Shown here one piece after another: positions 44,335-54,786 of a stretch of DNA of 64,000 nucleotides. The position numbers and the translations under genes are program-made. A model generated the notes under the pieces. The model had not been told where the DNA came from. It ran no database searches and worked only from the letters and a program-made list of their open reading frames with translations. The DNA lies in IMG/VR virus record IMGVR_UViG_3300027908_000001, positions 23,167 to 87,166 of that record, one strand, 5' to 3'. This DNA is from a virus (Duplodnaviria > Heunggongvirae > Uroviricota > Caudoviricetes). How positions within the stretch are numbered: the first letter of the stretch is position 1; every line of letters starts with the position of its first letter.

Positions 44335-44759
44335 GGCTCAAACTCCGCTTTGCTGACGGAAGGAATAAGAGGATTGGTGACGGCATTCGGACGAAAGGCG
44401 CGGTGTTTGGCGTAGAGTTTACGTCGACGTTTATTTCGGCGCTCTCGCTCTCCGCGCACCCAATCCGCCCGAGCTTTTACTGACAATCCATGGCTCATGT
44501 ATTCGGCTTCCTCAAGTTGGCCTCATCCCGGTCGTAGCTGGCGATGATGACGCGGCACTCCTCGACCGTGGCCCACGCGCGTTTCTTGTACGCTTCATGC
44601 ATCAGGTTCCGCGCCTTGGTTCGTCGTTCTTCAATCTGTTCTTTGATGTGGTCGTACTGCTCCTGCTCGGTCATGGGCTTTGGCTTCACGCGCGATTACC
44701 GCCCCATTTGTTTGCGGCCAGTATGATTAGAGCCGATACGACTATCCAGAATAATGCGG

Positions 44760-45152
44760 TCAACATGGTTTTACTCCTTGGGGCTGCGGGCTGGCTGACT
44801 GGGAGCGGCGGCGGAGCCAATCTGAAACCGAAGGCTTGTAGAATACGTCAGCAGCTTCTTCTGTTAGTTGCTCAATCATCTCCCGATGGACTTTCTCTAT
44901 AAGGGAGTCGAGAGAGGCGGCGGGGTTGGTTTGGTTTATGTATGCCTCTATCTTCTCGCAGGACTCTTTGTAAGAGATTACGGAAGGGTCGGCCACTATT
45001 TGCTTCAGTCCTTCAATCCACGCCCCCTGCTCTGATATAATTCGGTCTTTGTCGGCGCATTGTTGGCAATAGCTCATTCGTATTTCTCCTTGTGCAATCC
45101 ATGACCAATCTGTCTCTGTACTGGCTCGGTAAGAGCGCGGTGGACAGACCAT
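44760..45152 (-). CDS. hypothetical protein (130 aa)
   Basis: Track ORF. Confidence 0.3.
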   Translation of the reverse strand: MVCPPRSYRASTETDWSWIAQGEIRMSYCQQCADKDRIISEQGAWIEGLKQIVADPSVISYKESCEKIEAYINQTNPAASLDSLIEKVHREMIEQLTEEAADVFYKPSVSDWLRRRSQSASPQPQGVKPC

Positions 45153-45838
45153 CCCTTTTCCATGCGAGAGCGAATGGTGGAATTAGTAATTCCCATGATT
45201 TCTGCCCATTCTGGTCGGCTGCGAGTTACACCATCATGGGTCATAAATGTGGTGATGCGCCGGTTGCGTGCCTGTTCCTTCAGCGTGGCCCATTTGCAAT
45301 TCTCTGGTGAATACCCCTTGTTGTTGTCGATGCGCTCCAGAGTTAATCCATCGGGCTTTTTGCCCATGTCGGCAAGGAAGTTTACAAAGTCAGACCATCT
45401 TTCGCAGACCTTGATGCCCCTGCCACCATAATTCCGGTAGGATTTGTTTTTGGGGCACGTACACCGCTTAACCATCGACAGCCAAGCATGATATTCGGTC
45501 GTAGCCTTTCCGCCCGCAGTGGCTCCATGCCTTCTTGTATTCACCATCCTACGCTCTTTGAGAAAACATCCACAGGATAAAATATGGCCCGATTTTAAGT
45601 CTTGGCTCAAAACGACCTTGCGATTGCCGCATTCACAAACACATTCCCATGCTGACCTGCCAGATTTATTCGGGACAGCCTTGACAGGCGTAAGCCTTCC
45701 GTACTTATTCCCGAAGATTATTTCAACGCGCATCGCGGCTCCTGAACAATCCTCACCGCCGCTGCTTACAGAACCAGTGATGGCGAGTGAGTTTCCAAAA
45801 CTCTCGACGGCAAGGATTGATTGAGTTCGTGGCTTCAT
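45074..45838 (-). CDS. Zn-ribbon + HTH DNA-binding protein, homing-endonuclease-like N-terminal module
   Basis: KYGRLTPV...WECVCECGNRKVVLSQDLKSGHILSCGC module (also present twice in 59987..60910); C-terminal HTH-like. Confidence 0.35.
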   Translation of the reverse strand: MKPRTQSILAVESFGNSLAITGSVSSGGEDCSGAAMRVEIIFGNKYGRLTPVKAVPNKSGRSAWECVCECGNRKVVLSQDLKSGHILSCGCFLKERRMVNTRRHGATAGGKATTEYHAWLSMVKRCTCPKNKSYRNYGGRGIKVCERWSDFVNFLADMGKKPDGLTLERIDNNKGYSPENCKWATLKEQARNRRITTFMTHDGVTRSRPEWAEIMGITNSTIRSRMEKGWSVHRALTEPVQRQIGHGLHKEKYE

Positions 45839-45862
45839 ACCGATTCTGTAAGCGTGCCGATA

Positions 45863-46480
45863 CTACTTAACGGCCTTTCGCAACTCAAGATATTTCTCCA
45901 GAGTTCCCAGCGATGGAGGGCCATTGGAACACTCTGAGGCCAGATCGTCGGCTATCTCTAGCTGGCGCTGCAAGTCTTGGTTAGCGGATTGGAGGCGAAG
46001 GCGTTCTTGCTTTTCATTTTCAGCAACTTTGGCAACCCACTTTGTACGCTCCAATGCCTCGGCCTGCTGCTCGATGAAGGTGAGGAGGGTTTGAACCCGT
46101 TGTTCGTAAGGCGTCCTTTCGCTATTGGCGATGGATGGTCTCACAACTTTTAGCCATCGTATGACCTCCTTGATTTCCTCCGGCAGCACGGCCTTCCGGC
46201 TGGCCTGCATTTCGCGGAGGGCGTGGATGAGCAGTCCGTCGAGTGGGACGTATTTATGGTCACTATCGTGTCCGGCCCAGCGTTTGGCGCGTAGGCAGAA
46301 TTGCGGATTGTGGCCGCCTTCAAGATGGAAACATGGTGGGCCTTGATTCAGCACGACTTGTTGCCAGTCTGCTTTTTCTGCCGCTTCGATTATATCCTGC
46401 GGCAACTCCTTCAGGCTCTCGGAGGAGGGGTTAATTTGGCGCATCACGACTTTTTCCATTTCTCCATTGTCATCCGGCAT
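45863..46480 (-). CDS. hypothetical protein (205 aa)
   Basis: Track ORF. Confidence 0.35.
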   Translation of the reverse strand: MPDDNGEMEKVVMRQINPSSESLKELPQDIIEAAEKADWQQVVLNQGPPCFHLEGGHNPQFCLRAKRWAGHDSDHKYVPLDGLLIHALREMQASRKAVLPEEIKEVIRWLKVVRPSIANSERTPYEQRVQTLLTFIEQQAEALERTKWVAKVAENEKQERLRLQSANQDLQRQLEIADDLASECSNGPPSLGTLEKYLELRKAVK

Positions 46481-46513
46481 AGTAAAACCCCTGTATTGGG
46501 TGATTCTTGGTTG

Positions 46514-46705
46514 TCATTTGGCTCCTTCTTTCTCCTCAACCCGCAACCCCAGTGTCCTAAATAAGGCTTCAGCTCGTTGCGAGGCGTTGGCGATGAGTTG
46601 GGCATTTACGCGGCAAAAATCACATCTGCAACCTTTCACGTTTCCTGTTATTTGATTGGCTGTGTCCCATTGCCACTCCTGTATTGGACAATTCTCGGTT
46701 GTCAT
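46514..46705 (-). CDS. hypothetical small Cys protein (63 aa)
   Basis: Track ORF; abutting neighbours. Confidence 0.25.
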   Translation of the reverse strand: MTTENCPIQEWQWDTANQITGNVKGCRCDFCRVNAQLIANASQRAEALFRTLGLRVEEKEGAK

Positions 46706-46917
46706 TTGGCCCCTTCAAGAAGCATTGCGTCGGCATGAATAAAGGCCATTTCAGCAACCTTCCCAACCATCCACTGTTTTGAGATTACTTCTGGATTCGA
46801 TAATAGCCCCTGCATTGCATGGAGCGCGTACAACTCCCGCTTGGTCATGCCAACTCGTTCGCCGGTCTGACCAGTTTCAAGCAGCGGAAACGCTGGCTCT
46901 GATTTGTCTTTGCTCAT
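46702..46917 (-). CDS. hypothetical protein (71 aa)
   Basis: Track ORF. Confidence 0.25.
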   Translation of the reverse strand: MSKDKSEPAFPLLETGQTGERVGMTKRELYALHAMQGLLSNPEVISKQWMVGKVAEMAFIHADAMLLEGAK

Positions 46918-47237
46918 TTATCGTCCTCCCACAACCCCAGTGTCCTCAAGAAAATTCTTGCCCAATCTTCGACTGTCAGTTGGTGCATAAGTTTGTGTTG
47001 CCGAACGGACTCTCGTCCCATTTCGGTAGCGAACTTAATTTGACACTTGTCATTCTGCGCTAGGACGGCAGATTGCATCGCGTTAAGGTCGTGGGGATAG
47101 TCAGGACATTGGCTATATTCACGTCCTTTCTTTCGGAAGTGCTTAGGAAGGATATCGCCTTTTGGTTGTAAGCCGCCAACGCAGGGTTCGTACCCACAAA
47201 CCTCGGCTATGGCAACGCGTTGTTTTTCAGGTGTCAC
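46914..47237 (-). CDS. hypothetical protein (107 aa)
   Basis: Track ORF. Confidence 0.3.
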   Translation of the reverse strand: MTPEKQRVAIAEVCGYEPCVGGLQPKGDILPKHFRKKGREYSQCPDYPHDLNAMQSAVLAQNDKCQIKFATEMGRESVRQHKLMHQLTVEDWARIFLRTLGLWEDDK

Positions 47238-47697
47238 TTGGCTTCTCCTCCTTTTCGGGTGGGCTACGGCTGGCGAAATAATGAACCACTTGACCTATCA
47301 AAGTGGGATTTTGGCCGTGCAGTTCTTTCTCTTGCTTCAGCGAGACAAGTACCTTTTCAGCAGCCTCCAGTGACCGCTGGCACTCCGCAAGGGAGGCCAG
47401 TAATTCACCAATGAACTGAATGTACTCGCCGTTTCTGTCGGCTACCTGCTCAAAGGCCATGTACCAGTATTCAGCAGGACGGCCATCGACGCGGGTGTGC
47501 TTGGCGATGATTTGTTCCATCAACTCAACTCGTTCGACAAGTGCTCTCGGCCAACCCCAGCAGAAATGTTCAATCTCTTTAGCAGCGGCTTTCTCCCGCC
47601 CACTCGGCACCAAGGCTTTGGCTTGTGGGTTCATCCGCAGTTCACTCCAATCAAGATGCCCACCAGCAACATCGACAGCGCCAATATGGCGACACAA
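47227..47697 (-). CDS. hypothetical protein (156 aa)
   Basis: Track ORF. Confidence 0.3.
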   Translation of the reverse strand: MCRHIGAVDVAGGHLDWSELRMNPQAKALVPSGREKAAAKEIEHFCWGWPRALVERVELMEQIIAKHTRVDGRPAEYWYMAFEQVADRNGEYIQFIGELLASLAECQRSLEAAEKVLVSLKQEKELHGQNPTLIGQVVHYFASRSPPEKEEKPSDT

Positions 47698-47772
47698 CGC
47701 GTGTTGACCTTTATCGGGATTCCGGTCGGGTCGGTTTTCATGGTGTCAACCTAGCATGCTGCGCGATTCGAG

Positions 47773-48018
47773 TCAAGCCTTCTTTCGTCGTTTCGGACGC
47801 GGCTTGGTGGCCTTCTTCGCCGCCTTCCTGCGATTCATCGACCAGTTCACCTGCCCCTTAACTTCCTCGTTCGGCACGCACCAAATTTCCCGGCTCTCGT
47901 CCATCATCACGACCCAAAGCAAGCTGTGCTCTTGGCTGTAATCAATCACCAGTATCGCGTACCCGGTACCCTTGTTCGTCTCCAGCGGGATGGGCGGGTC
48001 GAGTTGAAGCAAACCCAT
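47773..48018 (-). CDS. hypothetical protein with basic C-tail (81 aa)
   Basis: Track ORF. Confidence 0.25.
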   Translation of the reverse strand: MGLLQLDPPIPLETNKGTGYAILVIDYSQEHSLLWVVMMDESREIWCVPNEEVKGQVNWSMNRRKAAKKATKPRPKRRKKA

Positions 48019-48019
48019 T

Positions 48020-48223
48020 CTATCTGCGCCGTTTCTTCCGCTCGGCCATCATCGCGTCGGCGAACTCGAAGGCGACCTTGGCCCACTTGCGCTTGTTGAC
48101 GCGAGTGCGGTCGCAGAGCGGATTGGAGGCGAGCATGCCATTTAGCGCTATGGCAGCAAAGTAGTCGTGTGTGACCGATTCGTGGAACTGGTCTTCCGTG
48201 AGGCGATTCTTGTTACGAGCCAC
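48020..48223 (-). CDS. hypothetical protein (67 aa)
   Basis: Track ORF. Confidence 0.25.
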   Translation of the reverse strand: MARNKNRLTEDQFHESVTHDYFAAIALNGMLASNPLCDRTRVNKRKWAKVAFEFADAMMAERKKRRR

Positions 48224-48610
48224 GCGGTCCCCCTGTCTGCAATATCGGCCTGCCGACGGTTAGCTCGTTTTCATTCACGTACTCGACAGCCTCGCGCAGC
48301 AGCCGGTCGCCGACCGCGCATAGTCCGAAGCAGTGCTGGGCACACCAAGCACACACGTCGAGGTGGTTGTGGAATTGGTCTGCGGGTGACACCGTGGCGC
48401 TCACGTTGTCTGAGCTATGCTCGGTACTTGGCATTCTTTTAGATGTTCCCCGGAAACCAGCCACGCCTTATCCGCGGCGGCATCCCTGTGAAAATCATAC
48501 GACCGGATGGAATTGGTTGCCAGTTTTGCGGCGTTGAGCGCGGCACGGAATCCGTCGTCGTATCCGGTCTTATATCCACTTCGGTATGCTGATTCTTTTG
48601 CGTCCATGAT

Positions 48611-48871
48611 TCAATCCTTTCGCAGCGTGTCCAGCAACACGTCGATTTCGTCACGGATGTCTTGGAGGCTGGATTTGGTTTCGGAACGTGATACGCTCTG
48701 GTCGCTGAAAACCTTGTTCACGGCGTCCTTGGCTTCCTTGCATAGGTCTTCGTGGTTACGGCTCATAAAACAATCGCGATGTCCTCCGATGTGAAGTGGC
48801 ATGGCCCGAGTTGGCACACTTTGCAGGTGCGCGGATAAGGCTGGCCGACCTGACGCAGGTAGTTCGAGCAA
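48611..48871 (-). CDS. hypothetical protein (86 aa)
   Basis: Track ORF. Confidence 0.25.
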   Translation of the reverse strand: MLELPASGRPALSAHLQSVPTRAMPLHIGGHRDCFMSRNHEDLCKEAKDAVNKVFSDQSVSRSETKSSLQDIRDEIDVLLDTLRKD

Positions 48872-49695
48872 TCCGGGTCAACCATACGCGGCCCGGGTTT
48901 GACCGGCTCGATTGTGAGCGCCTTGAGCTTGCCGACCTTGAGGATGGCGTCCTTGATGTAAGCCTCGTCGGCATCAAGACTGCTTCCTATTGTCATCGTC
49001 GGAACTTCGGACCAACGACCGAGCGAAACCATGGACTGATGCATAGCGTTAATGGCCATCATCACTGCCGCGAGCGCTTCGTGGACCTCTGGCGGCAGCG
49101 TTCGCCTGTATCTGTCCTCGGCCGATTCTTTGGTGATGGGAGGTACACTGGTGTCAATCGCTGGCACGCCAACAATTTCCGCTGCTGGCTTGTCCTTCTT
49201 GCAGATGGGGCAGCAGGTCCAGTGAACGTCCACAAAGATAAGCGCGAACTCTGGCGCGTTCTGAATCATCCAGCCCATGCCGCCGCCGTGACTGCGGCTG
49301 CCGATGAACTGCCAAGTGATGTGCTCGCACCAGACTGGTTTATTCGGCTCGCCAAGACCGGCCTGTATCCGTGACCGCTCACAACCTTTGTCAATCGCCG
49401 CATCAACTTCCTCTGGCGATGGAATTCTGGCTACAGTCTCGCAATGCTTGCTCATGGCTTCTATCGCTCCTTTCCTTGTGGCGAAGGCGTCGCGTATCAT
49501 GCGGGCCTCAGCTTGCAACGGTTGATAGCCGACCGGGCACAACTTGTCAAGAGCATTTAATCCTTCGATGGCCAACGCGAGCCCGCGGAGGATGGCGAAC
49601 TGCGGTTTAGGATGGACACGGGGCATCCGGTTCTTTCTCGACGGCCCAAGGTTCGGCCATAATCTGGCTTTGGAAATGCGGCGGCTGCTTCGCAA
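48763..49695 (-). CDS. hypothetical Cys-rich protein (310 aa)
   Basis: Track ORF; several CxxC pairs; function not recognised. Confidence 0.35.
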   Translation of the reverse strand: MRSSRRISKARLWPNLGPSRKNRMPRVHPKPQFAILRGLALAIEGLNALDKLCPVGYQPLQAEARMIRDAFATRKGAIEAMSKHCETVARIPSPEEVDAAIDKGCERSRIQAGLGEPNKPVWCEHITWQFIGSRSHGGGMGWMIQNAPEFALIFVDVHWTCCPICKKDKPAAEIVGVPAIDTSVPPITKESAEDRYRRTLPPEVHEALAAVMMAINAMHQSMVSLGRWSEVPTMTIGSSLDADEAYIKDAILKVGKLKALTIEPVKPGPRMVDPDCSNYLRQVGQPYPRTCKVCQLGPCHFTSEDIAIVL

Positions 49696-50281
49696 ACGGA
49701 TTGGCCAGTATGCTCTCCACCGTGCCCGCGGGCATGTCCTCCATCGTTTTGACGAACTCGCGCATCAGCCGGAAGGATTGCGGTATGAATTCGTCTGGCA
49801 CGTCCGTGGCTCGGTCCACGAACTGCTTGAGCATGGTCGCGCCCATCAGCGCTTGGTAGTGGGTTTTGAACATCAGTTCGTCGTGGGAATACACCGTGAA
49901 CACTTTGCCGTCTGGTCCAATAGTTTCCATTGGGCAGCATTGGGAGAACCGCTGAAGGAAATTATCCTCTGACGCAGTGTAACATCGGCGCGTGAGAATG
50001 GACCGACGCTTGTCCGGCGGCGTTCGGGCACCAAAGAGAGGGTGAATGCTGGTGACGTTGCCGGTGATGTTCAAGAGAATGTCCGTGCTCGGCCTTTGGA
50101 CTGAGCAAACGTTAATCAGGTGCTTGGAAGTGTTCGCGAGTCCGACTTCTCGGTAGGCGGAAATCGGTACGGCCAATATTACGTCGTGCGCTTCATTGAC
50201 GACCTCGAAATACACGGTGCTGGACAGCCACTCCCGCAGGAAGCTTCCGAACGCGCCGTTGCCGATGATTTGGATGTTCAT
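49607..50281 (-). CDS. NAD(P)-binding Rossmann-fold protein, prephenate/arogenate-dehydrogenase-like (trimmed to MNIQIIGNGAFG)
   Basis: MNIQIIGNGAFGSFL...HDVILAVPIS glycine-rich dinucleotide-binding motif. Confidence 0.35.
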   Translation of the reverse strand: MNIQIIGNGAFGSFLREWLSSTVYFEVVNEAHDVILAVPISAYREVGLANTSKHLINVCSVQRPSTDILLNITGNVTSIHPLFGARTPPDKRRSILTRRCYTASEDNFLQRFSQCCPMETIGPDGKVFTVYSHDELMFKTHYQALMGATMLKQFVDRATDVPDEFIPQSFRLMREFVKTMEDMPAGTVESILANPFAKQPPHFQSQIMAEPWAVEKEPDAPCPS

Positions 50282-50598
50282 GTGAAAAATGACAATACAT
50301 CGACTTCTGAATCGTAAAAAACCCCGCATCGAATCAGTTCGATTATTTGTTCCTCGGTGATGACTTCTGCCAGTTCGTTGACATCAATTGCGAGCCAAAA
50401 CTGGTCGTGTTCGGCTGCGCTGATGATGTCATCGCCGCCTTCCTTATGCGGCAAAATCTTATCAAGCACAATTAAGGCATGCAGGTCTTTACGCGATGCC
50501 AGCTTGTTCTGGATGATGGAGAATTTTCCGAACTCGTCATCATGCTTCCGCCAAAGCGCTTCCATTTCTTCTAGTGTCATGGCTGCACGACCTTCCAC
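50278..50598 (-). CDS. hypothetical protein (106 aa)
   Basis: Track ORF. Confidence 0.3.
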   Translation of the reverse strand: MEGRAAMTLEEMEALWRKHDDEFGKFSIIQNKLASRKDLHALIVLDKILPHKEGGDDIISAAEHDQFWLAIDVNELAEVITEEQIIELIRCGVFYDSEVDVLSFFT

Positions 50599-50888
50599 TT
50601 GGCGCGGCGTATCCGCTCATCACGCTCATCGTAATACTTCAATTCTTGGTAGTCCTTGACGGCTTCCGCCTTGTTGGTGCTCTCGCGCAGTACCTCGTAA
50701 ACAAATGTCGGGTAACCCTGCTTACCCTCCACGCGGTAGGTAACTTCGCCATTGCCCGCATCGCGCATAATGAGGCGATATCTCGGCTGCGTGGCGCAAA
50801 ACCAAATCGGGTAGGCAAACAAAAATAAAACGCCGATAGCTAACGAGGCGGTTAGCAGGACAGGAAAGAAGCTGAGTATTTTTTTCAT
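50577..50888 (-). CDS. membrane protein (trimmed to MKKILSFFPVLLTASLAIGVLFLFAYPIWF)
   Basis: N-terminal TM; ATGA overlap with upstream gene. Confidence 0.3.
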   Translation of the reverse strand: MKKILSFFPVLLTASLAIGVLFLFAYPIWFCATQPRYRLIMRDAGNGEVTYRVEGKQGYPTFVYEVLRESTNKAEAVKDYQELKYYDERDERIRRAKWKVVQP

Positions 50889-51391
50889 TGGTTCACCATG
50901 CTGAACGTTCCGTCGTGGCGGATGATGATATGACTGAAATCCTTTTGCAAGAGAATTGCGCCTTGGTCGTAGTGCCAGCCGCATGCCCGGAGTTGGTCGA
51001 GCACTCGGCCTTGCGTGCCCGGCACAACGCCCTCGGGCGGGATTCGCATGAGCCATGCCTTGGTGTATCCATCCGACACCATGCCGTCATCTTCTACCAC
51101 AGCGTACTCAGGGTCGGGACAACGTTTGGGGTGGGCGTCGATAGCGCAGATGGTAGCCTCGAATGCTGGCGGCATACCGGATTCTTGGCACTTGACCCAC
51201 ACGCGGTCACCGATGTGGTACTCGGCCTTTGGCACGACGATTTTGGATTCTGTTTTCATCGTCTCTCCAGCCAGACCCATGCTTGAATGAGCAGGTACGC
51301 GCCGACCGGGACACCGGCAAACAGCAGGAATGCGGCGAGCGATGGAAGTTCTGGATGTGTTGCGGTAACAGTCATGTCCTCGAAACCTCAA
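50885..51391 (-). CDS. hypothetical protein (168 aa)
   Basis: Track ORF. Confidence 0.3.
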   Translation of the reverse strand: MRFRGHDCYRNTSRTSIARRIPAVCRCPGRRVPAHSSMGLAGETMKTESKIVVPKAEYHIGDRVWVKCQESGMPPAFEATICAIDAHPKRCPDPEYAVVEDDGMVSDGYTKAWLMRIPPEGVVPGTQGRVLDQLRACGWHYDQGAILLQKDFSHIIIRHDGTFSMVNQ

Positions 51392-51913
51392 TTTCTCCGT
51401 TATGGATTAGTAGGCGATGCACTTCAACGCCACACCTTTCGGCCAAAGCCTTGCGAAAAATTTCAGCCCGACGGTCAGCTTCACTCACATCTCGCTCACT
51501 CTTTTTCTTCAATAGCTCGGCCTCGGCCAGCGCCGGGTGCGGAATGCACAGGTCGCCGCTCGCTTCGGATTCCATTTCAGCCGAATGCATCAGGCTCTTG
51601 GCGATTTCTTCCACCTTGTGCGGGGGCAGAGTGATGCCCGCTTCATCCAATGCGCAGCCTAGCGCCTCGGTCCAGTATTTAAGTCTGGCCACGGAGCATG
51701 CTCCCGTCAATACCGCAGTTCGTGAATCTCATTTCTGGCGTCCAGCGCGTGAAGTCTGGCATGCCTTTCCATTGCCGGTCATCCGCCTGCCGACCGCAAC
51801 ACGGGGTCGTGAACAAGGTGCAATCCGAGTAGCGATGAATCACCTTGGCCTCAGTCAGGTCGTATATCTCGCCGCAATGGGTGCAGACGACCGGTGAAAT
51901 CATGCCTTTTGTC

Positions 51914-52588
51914 TCAGTGGCCATTGGACTCCTTCGGACATGGTTCATCCCAGTAAGCCAGCGGAGAATGCCATTGCGGATACTTCTCGTCAAGCCACTT
52001 CTTGTGCGAATCCATCATGGCTTCCAATTCTTCACTAAGCCTCATGGCCTTCGCTCGGTCACCGCTCCAGTCCGGTCCCTGCACTCGCACTCTCCGATTG
52101 ACGATACCAAGCTCGTCTCGAACAAGGATGGTGTCCGTACCGCCTTTCTCCTTGGCGTACTCACGGCCCACGCTGAATCGGTTGTTCAAAGACACATGCG
52201 CCGACCGGTCGTAGAACGCCGCCTTATAGAAGATGGCACCGCGTTCACGTCCTTTGTCGTCCACAATCTTGCTCCACATGCTGTGGTCGGTGGGCACTTT
52301 CTTCCAGCCCGCCGGGAATTTCACGTTGACGAATAAATGTTCGCGCCCTTGATTCTGCGCCTTGACCCTGTCCATCTCGAACATGAACCCGAGCGACTCG
52401 AATTGTTTGCGCTGCTCCTCGGTGCTGGTGCCTTCGAGCGGCAACGTTTGCAGGGCAGCCTGCTCAAGTTGACCCGCCTTCTCTTGTGCTTCGATACCGC
52501 CGGGTGTCGAGGCTACGAGGAAGTTTGCTGCGTCTCCCTTGGCCAATGCGCCCAATGCTGCTGGTGTTATTCTCATTATGGTCTCCAT
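51914..52588 (-). CDS. hypothetical protein (224 aa)
   Basis: Track ORF. Confidence 0.3.
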   Translation of the reverse strand: METIMRITPAALGALAKGDAANFLVASTPGGIEAQEKAGQLEQAALQTLPLEGTSTEEQRKQFESLGFMFEMDRVKAQNQGREHLFVNVKFPAGWKKVPTDHSMWSKIVDDKGRERGAIFYKAAFYDRSAHVSLNNRFSVGREYAKEKGGTDTILVRDELGIVNRRVRVQGPDWSGDRAKAMRLSEELEAMMDSHKKWLDEKYPQWHSPLAYWDEPCPKESNGH

Positions 52589-52805
52589 CTCTTTTCTTTC
52601 ACCTTGCCAGACTTCAAATCCTTGATGAACAGCGCGGCTCGGGCCTGCGCTCGCTTCAGCGACTCGGCCTCATCATCCAACACAGAGAACCGGTACTGCC
52701 GCTGCCAGTCGCCTTGGTCATTGACCACAACAAAACTGCTGGTCTTGTTGCAGCCGCGACCGGCCTTCCCGCCCCGGTCGTCGGCGTATTGGATGCGGAA
52801 GGTGC

Positions 52806-53429
52806 TCATGATGTCGCCTTCTTTTCCGCCAAGCTGTACGACCAGACCCATTTCGGGAAGCCGGGCTGCCAGTTGGCTCCGAGACTGCAACGAAACCGCT
52901 CAAGGATACCACTGCGCTCAAGTTCGGCGAGGTCTTTCTGCGCCTGCTTGACCGGCATTGCGCCCCACACCTTGAATTCTCGCTTGTAGAACGGGAATTT
53001 CAGATGATAAGCATCTTGAAATGGCTGGTCGACCACGCTGGCCGATATTTCCCTTTTCAGGTAATCAAGGATGAATGCGTGTCGCTCGGCTGGATGAACC
53101 GGCTGGGCGTTCTCGACAGCCGCTGGTTCGCCCGCCGACTGCCATAATCGCATTCCGTCGAATGTCACTTCAAACGGTCCAAGCTCCTTCGATTTCTTTA
53201 CGAATCCCTTGCGAACTAATCCGTAGAAATCCGATATGTCGCCCTCGATACGGCACCAAAGCCTGTCAGAGCGCACAGGAGGCGAGAATAGGTATCGCTT
53301 CAGATTGAGTGCGCCACCATATTGCTTGCCGTCTTTCTCGCGGCAAATCCAGTTCAGAACATTCCACTCAGAACCGGTCAGGCTCGTGGGTGCTGTGAGT
53401 GTGGTTGTCATGACGTTACGTTCTGCCAA
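52806..53429 (-). CDS. hypothetical protein (207 aa)
   Basis: Track ORF. Confidence 0.3.
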   Translation of the reverse strand: MAERNVMTTTLTAPTSLTGSEWNVLNWICREKDGKQYGGALNLKRYLFSPPVRSDRLWCRIEGDISDFYGLVRKGFVKKSKELGPFEVTFDGMRLWQSAGEPAAVENAQPVHPAERHAFILDYLKREISASVVDQPFQDAYHLKFPFYKREFKVWGAMPVKQAQKDLAELERSGILERFRCSLGANWQPGFPKWVWSYSLAEKKATS

Positions 53430-53842
53430 TTCCCGTCCATGCTGATGGACGATAACGTTTTCTTGGCGGCATCACAATCTTCGACGGTTGCGTCCCGGTC
53501 TGACACGCAGATTATTTCGACCAAGTCTCGGAGGTTTCTTATGAGAGCGGGCGTGGCCTTCATGGCCTCGGAGACGATGTAACCCGATTGGGAATGGCCG
53601 CTACCTTTTACCTTTGACTCAGCGACCTTGATAAGACCGAGCGAAGAATCTCGCGTGGTTCGCATGGCTTCGCGTATGCCAGCATTAAACCGGCGACGGG
53701 CCAACAGGTCGCGTGCGTCTCTAATAGTGAACTGACGGCCCTTGTCGAGTTCTTGCTTCAGAATCACGGCCACTGCCGCACGGTCGGCCACGGTGTTTTT
53801 GACCAGATTGCGAACGCTGTAGGCTTTTGATGTTCCGCTCAT
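53408..53842 (-). CDS. hypothetical protein (144 aa)
   Basis: Track ORF. Confidence 0.3.
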   Translation of the reverse strand: MSGTSKAYSVRNLVKNTVADRAAVAVILKQELDKGRQFTIRDARDLLARRRFNAGIREAMRTTRDSSLGLIKVAESKVKGSGHSQSGYIVSEAMKATPALIRNLRDLVEIICVSDRDATVEDCDAAKKTLSSISMDGNWQNVTS

Positions 53843-54090
53843 GCCGACACACTAGCGCGAATCGCGTAAGGTGTCAACAAGTATTTTTGGCACAGGATTC
53901 AGGCTAGATATTCGGCAGGCCGAAGAATATCCAGAACCGCAGGAATTGCGTCCAAATCCAGTCTTTCGAGCGCAGCACGGCCTCCGTACACAGCCACAGC
54001 AGTATCAGTATCACCAGTACGATTACGCCGATGGTGTCGATGGCTGTGGTGCGCATGGCGACTAGATTTCCGGGGATGGCGCGTTGACGG

Positions 54091-54510
54091 CTATTTTCCA
54101 GCCGGTCGTTTGTCCAGTCCCTTTTCCGCCAAGATTGCTGCGAGGTCTTCAATATGCAGGCAATCGCAAATGCAAGCGCCTTGGTCGGTGGTGATGGGTG
54201 CGATAGACCCGTTGCAGTAGTCGTTGCCGGGCTGTGCGCTGTGAAGCACACCAAATGACACCACCAAGCCGGTGGTCAGCTTTCCATCTGCGCCATATAC
54301 ATCGCCGAGCTTCACGATTTTGTCACCGTTCTTTGCTTCTCTGCCGTTTCTGTAATGCATTATGAACACTCTCCTTCGACTCCGCTCATGTTGGGTTTCT
54401 CGGTGCCGAGCAACTGCGGTTGCAGCGGCTTGCCGAATGTCAAAATCTGCTGCCAAATCTTTCCGCCAAACAACACGGCGATTCGCTCGCGCCACGACAG
54501 CTTCCAGCAA
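54091..54510 (-). CDS. hypothetical protein (139 aa)
   Basis: Track ORF. Confidence 0.25.
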   Translation of the reverse strand: MLEAVVARANRRVVWRKDLAADFDIRQAAATAVARHRETQHERSRRRVFIMHYRNGREAKNGDKIVKLGDVYGADGKLTTGLVVSFGVLHSAQPGNDYCNGSIAPITTDQGACICDCLHIEDLAAILAEKGLDKRPAGK

Positions 54511-54786
54511 CAGGCGATGCGGCCTTGCGGGTCGTTCTCAAACCGATGGGCTGGCAGCGGCCGGTACTGCGGTTGATTCTCGGCATATACGGCGGTCTGC
54601 TCGGGGAATGTGGCGATGGTCATACGTCTCCGTGGTTGTGGTGTTGTATCGGAAGCAATTCGGTTTTCAGGCATCTGCGGCATTGTCGGTAGTGAATCCG
54701 CGCTACAAACCAATCTTCGCTGCGGTTTCGGTAATCGTGACCGCGCCAAAGGCATTTCAGGAATCCGGTGAAAACTTCCAGCATGA

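Noticed and set aside
48763-49695. Assigning the 310-aa Cys-rich protein to PAPS-reductase/DndC-like or queuosine-pathway enzymes
   Set aside because: Only a vague impression from Cys spacing; no diagnostic motif (e.g. SGGKDS P-loop) is present, so left as hypothetical.
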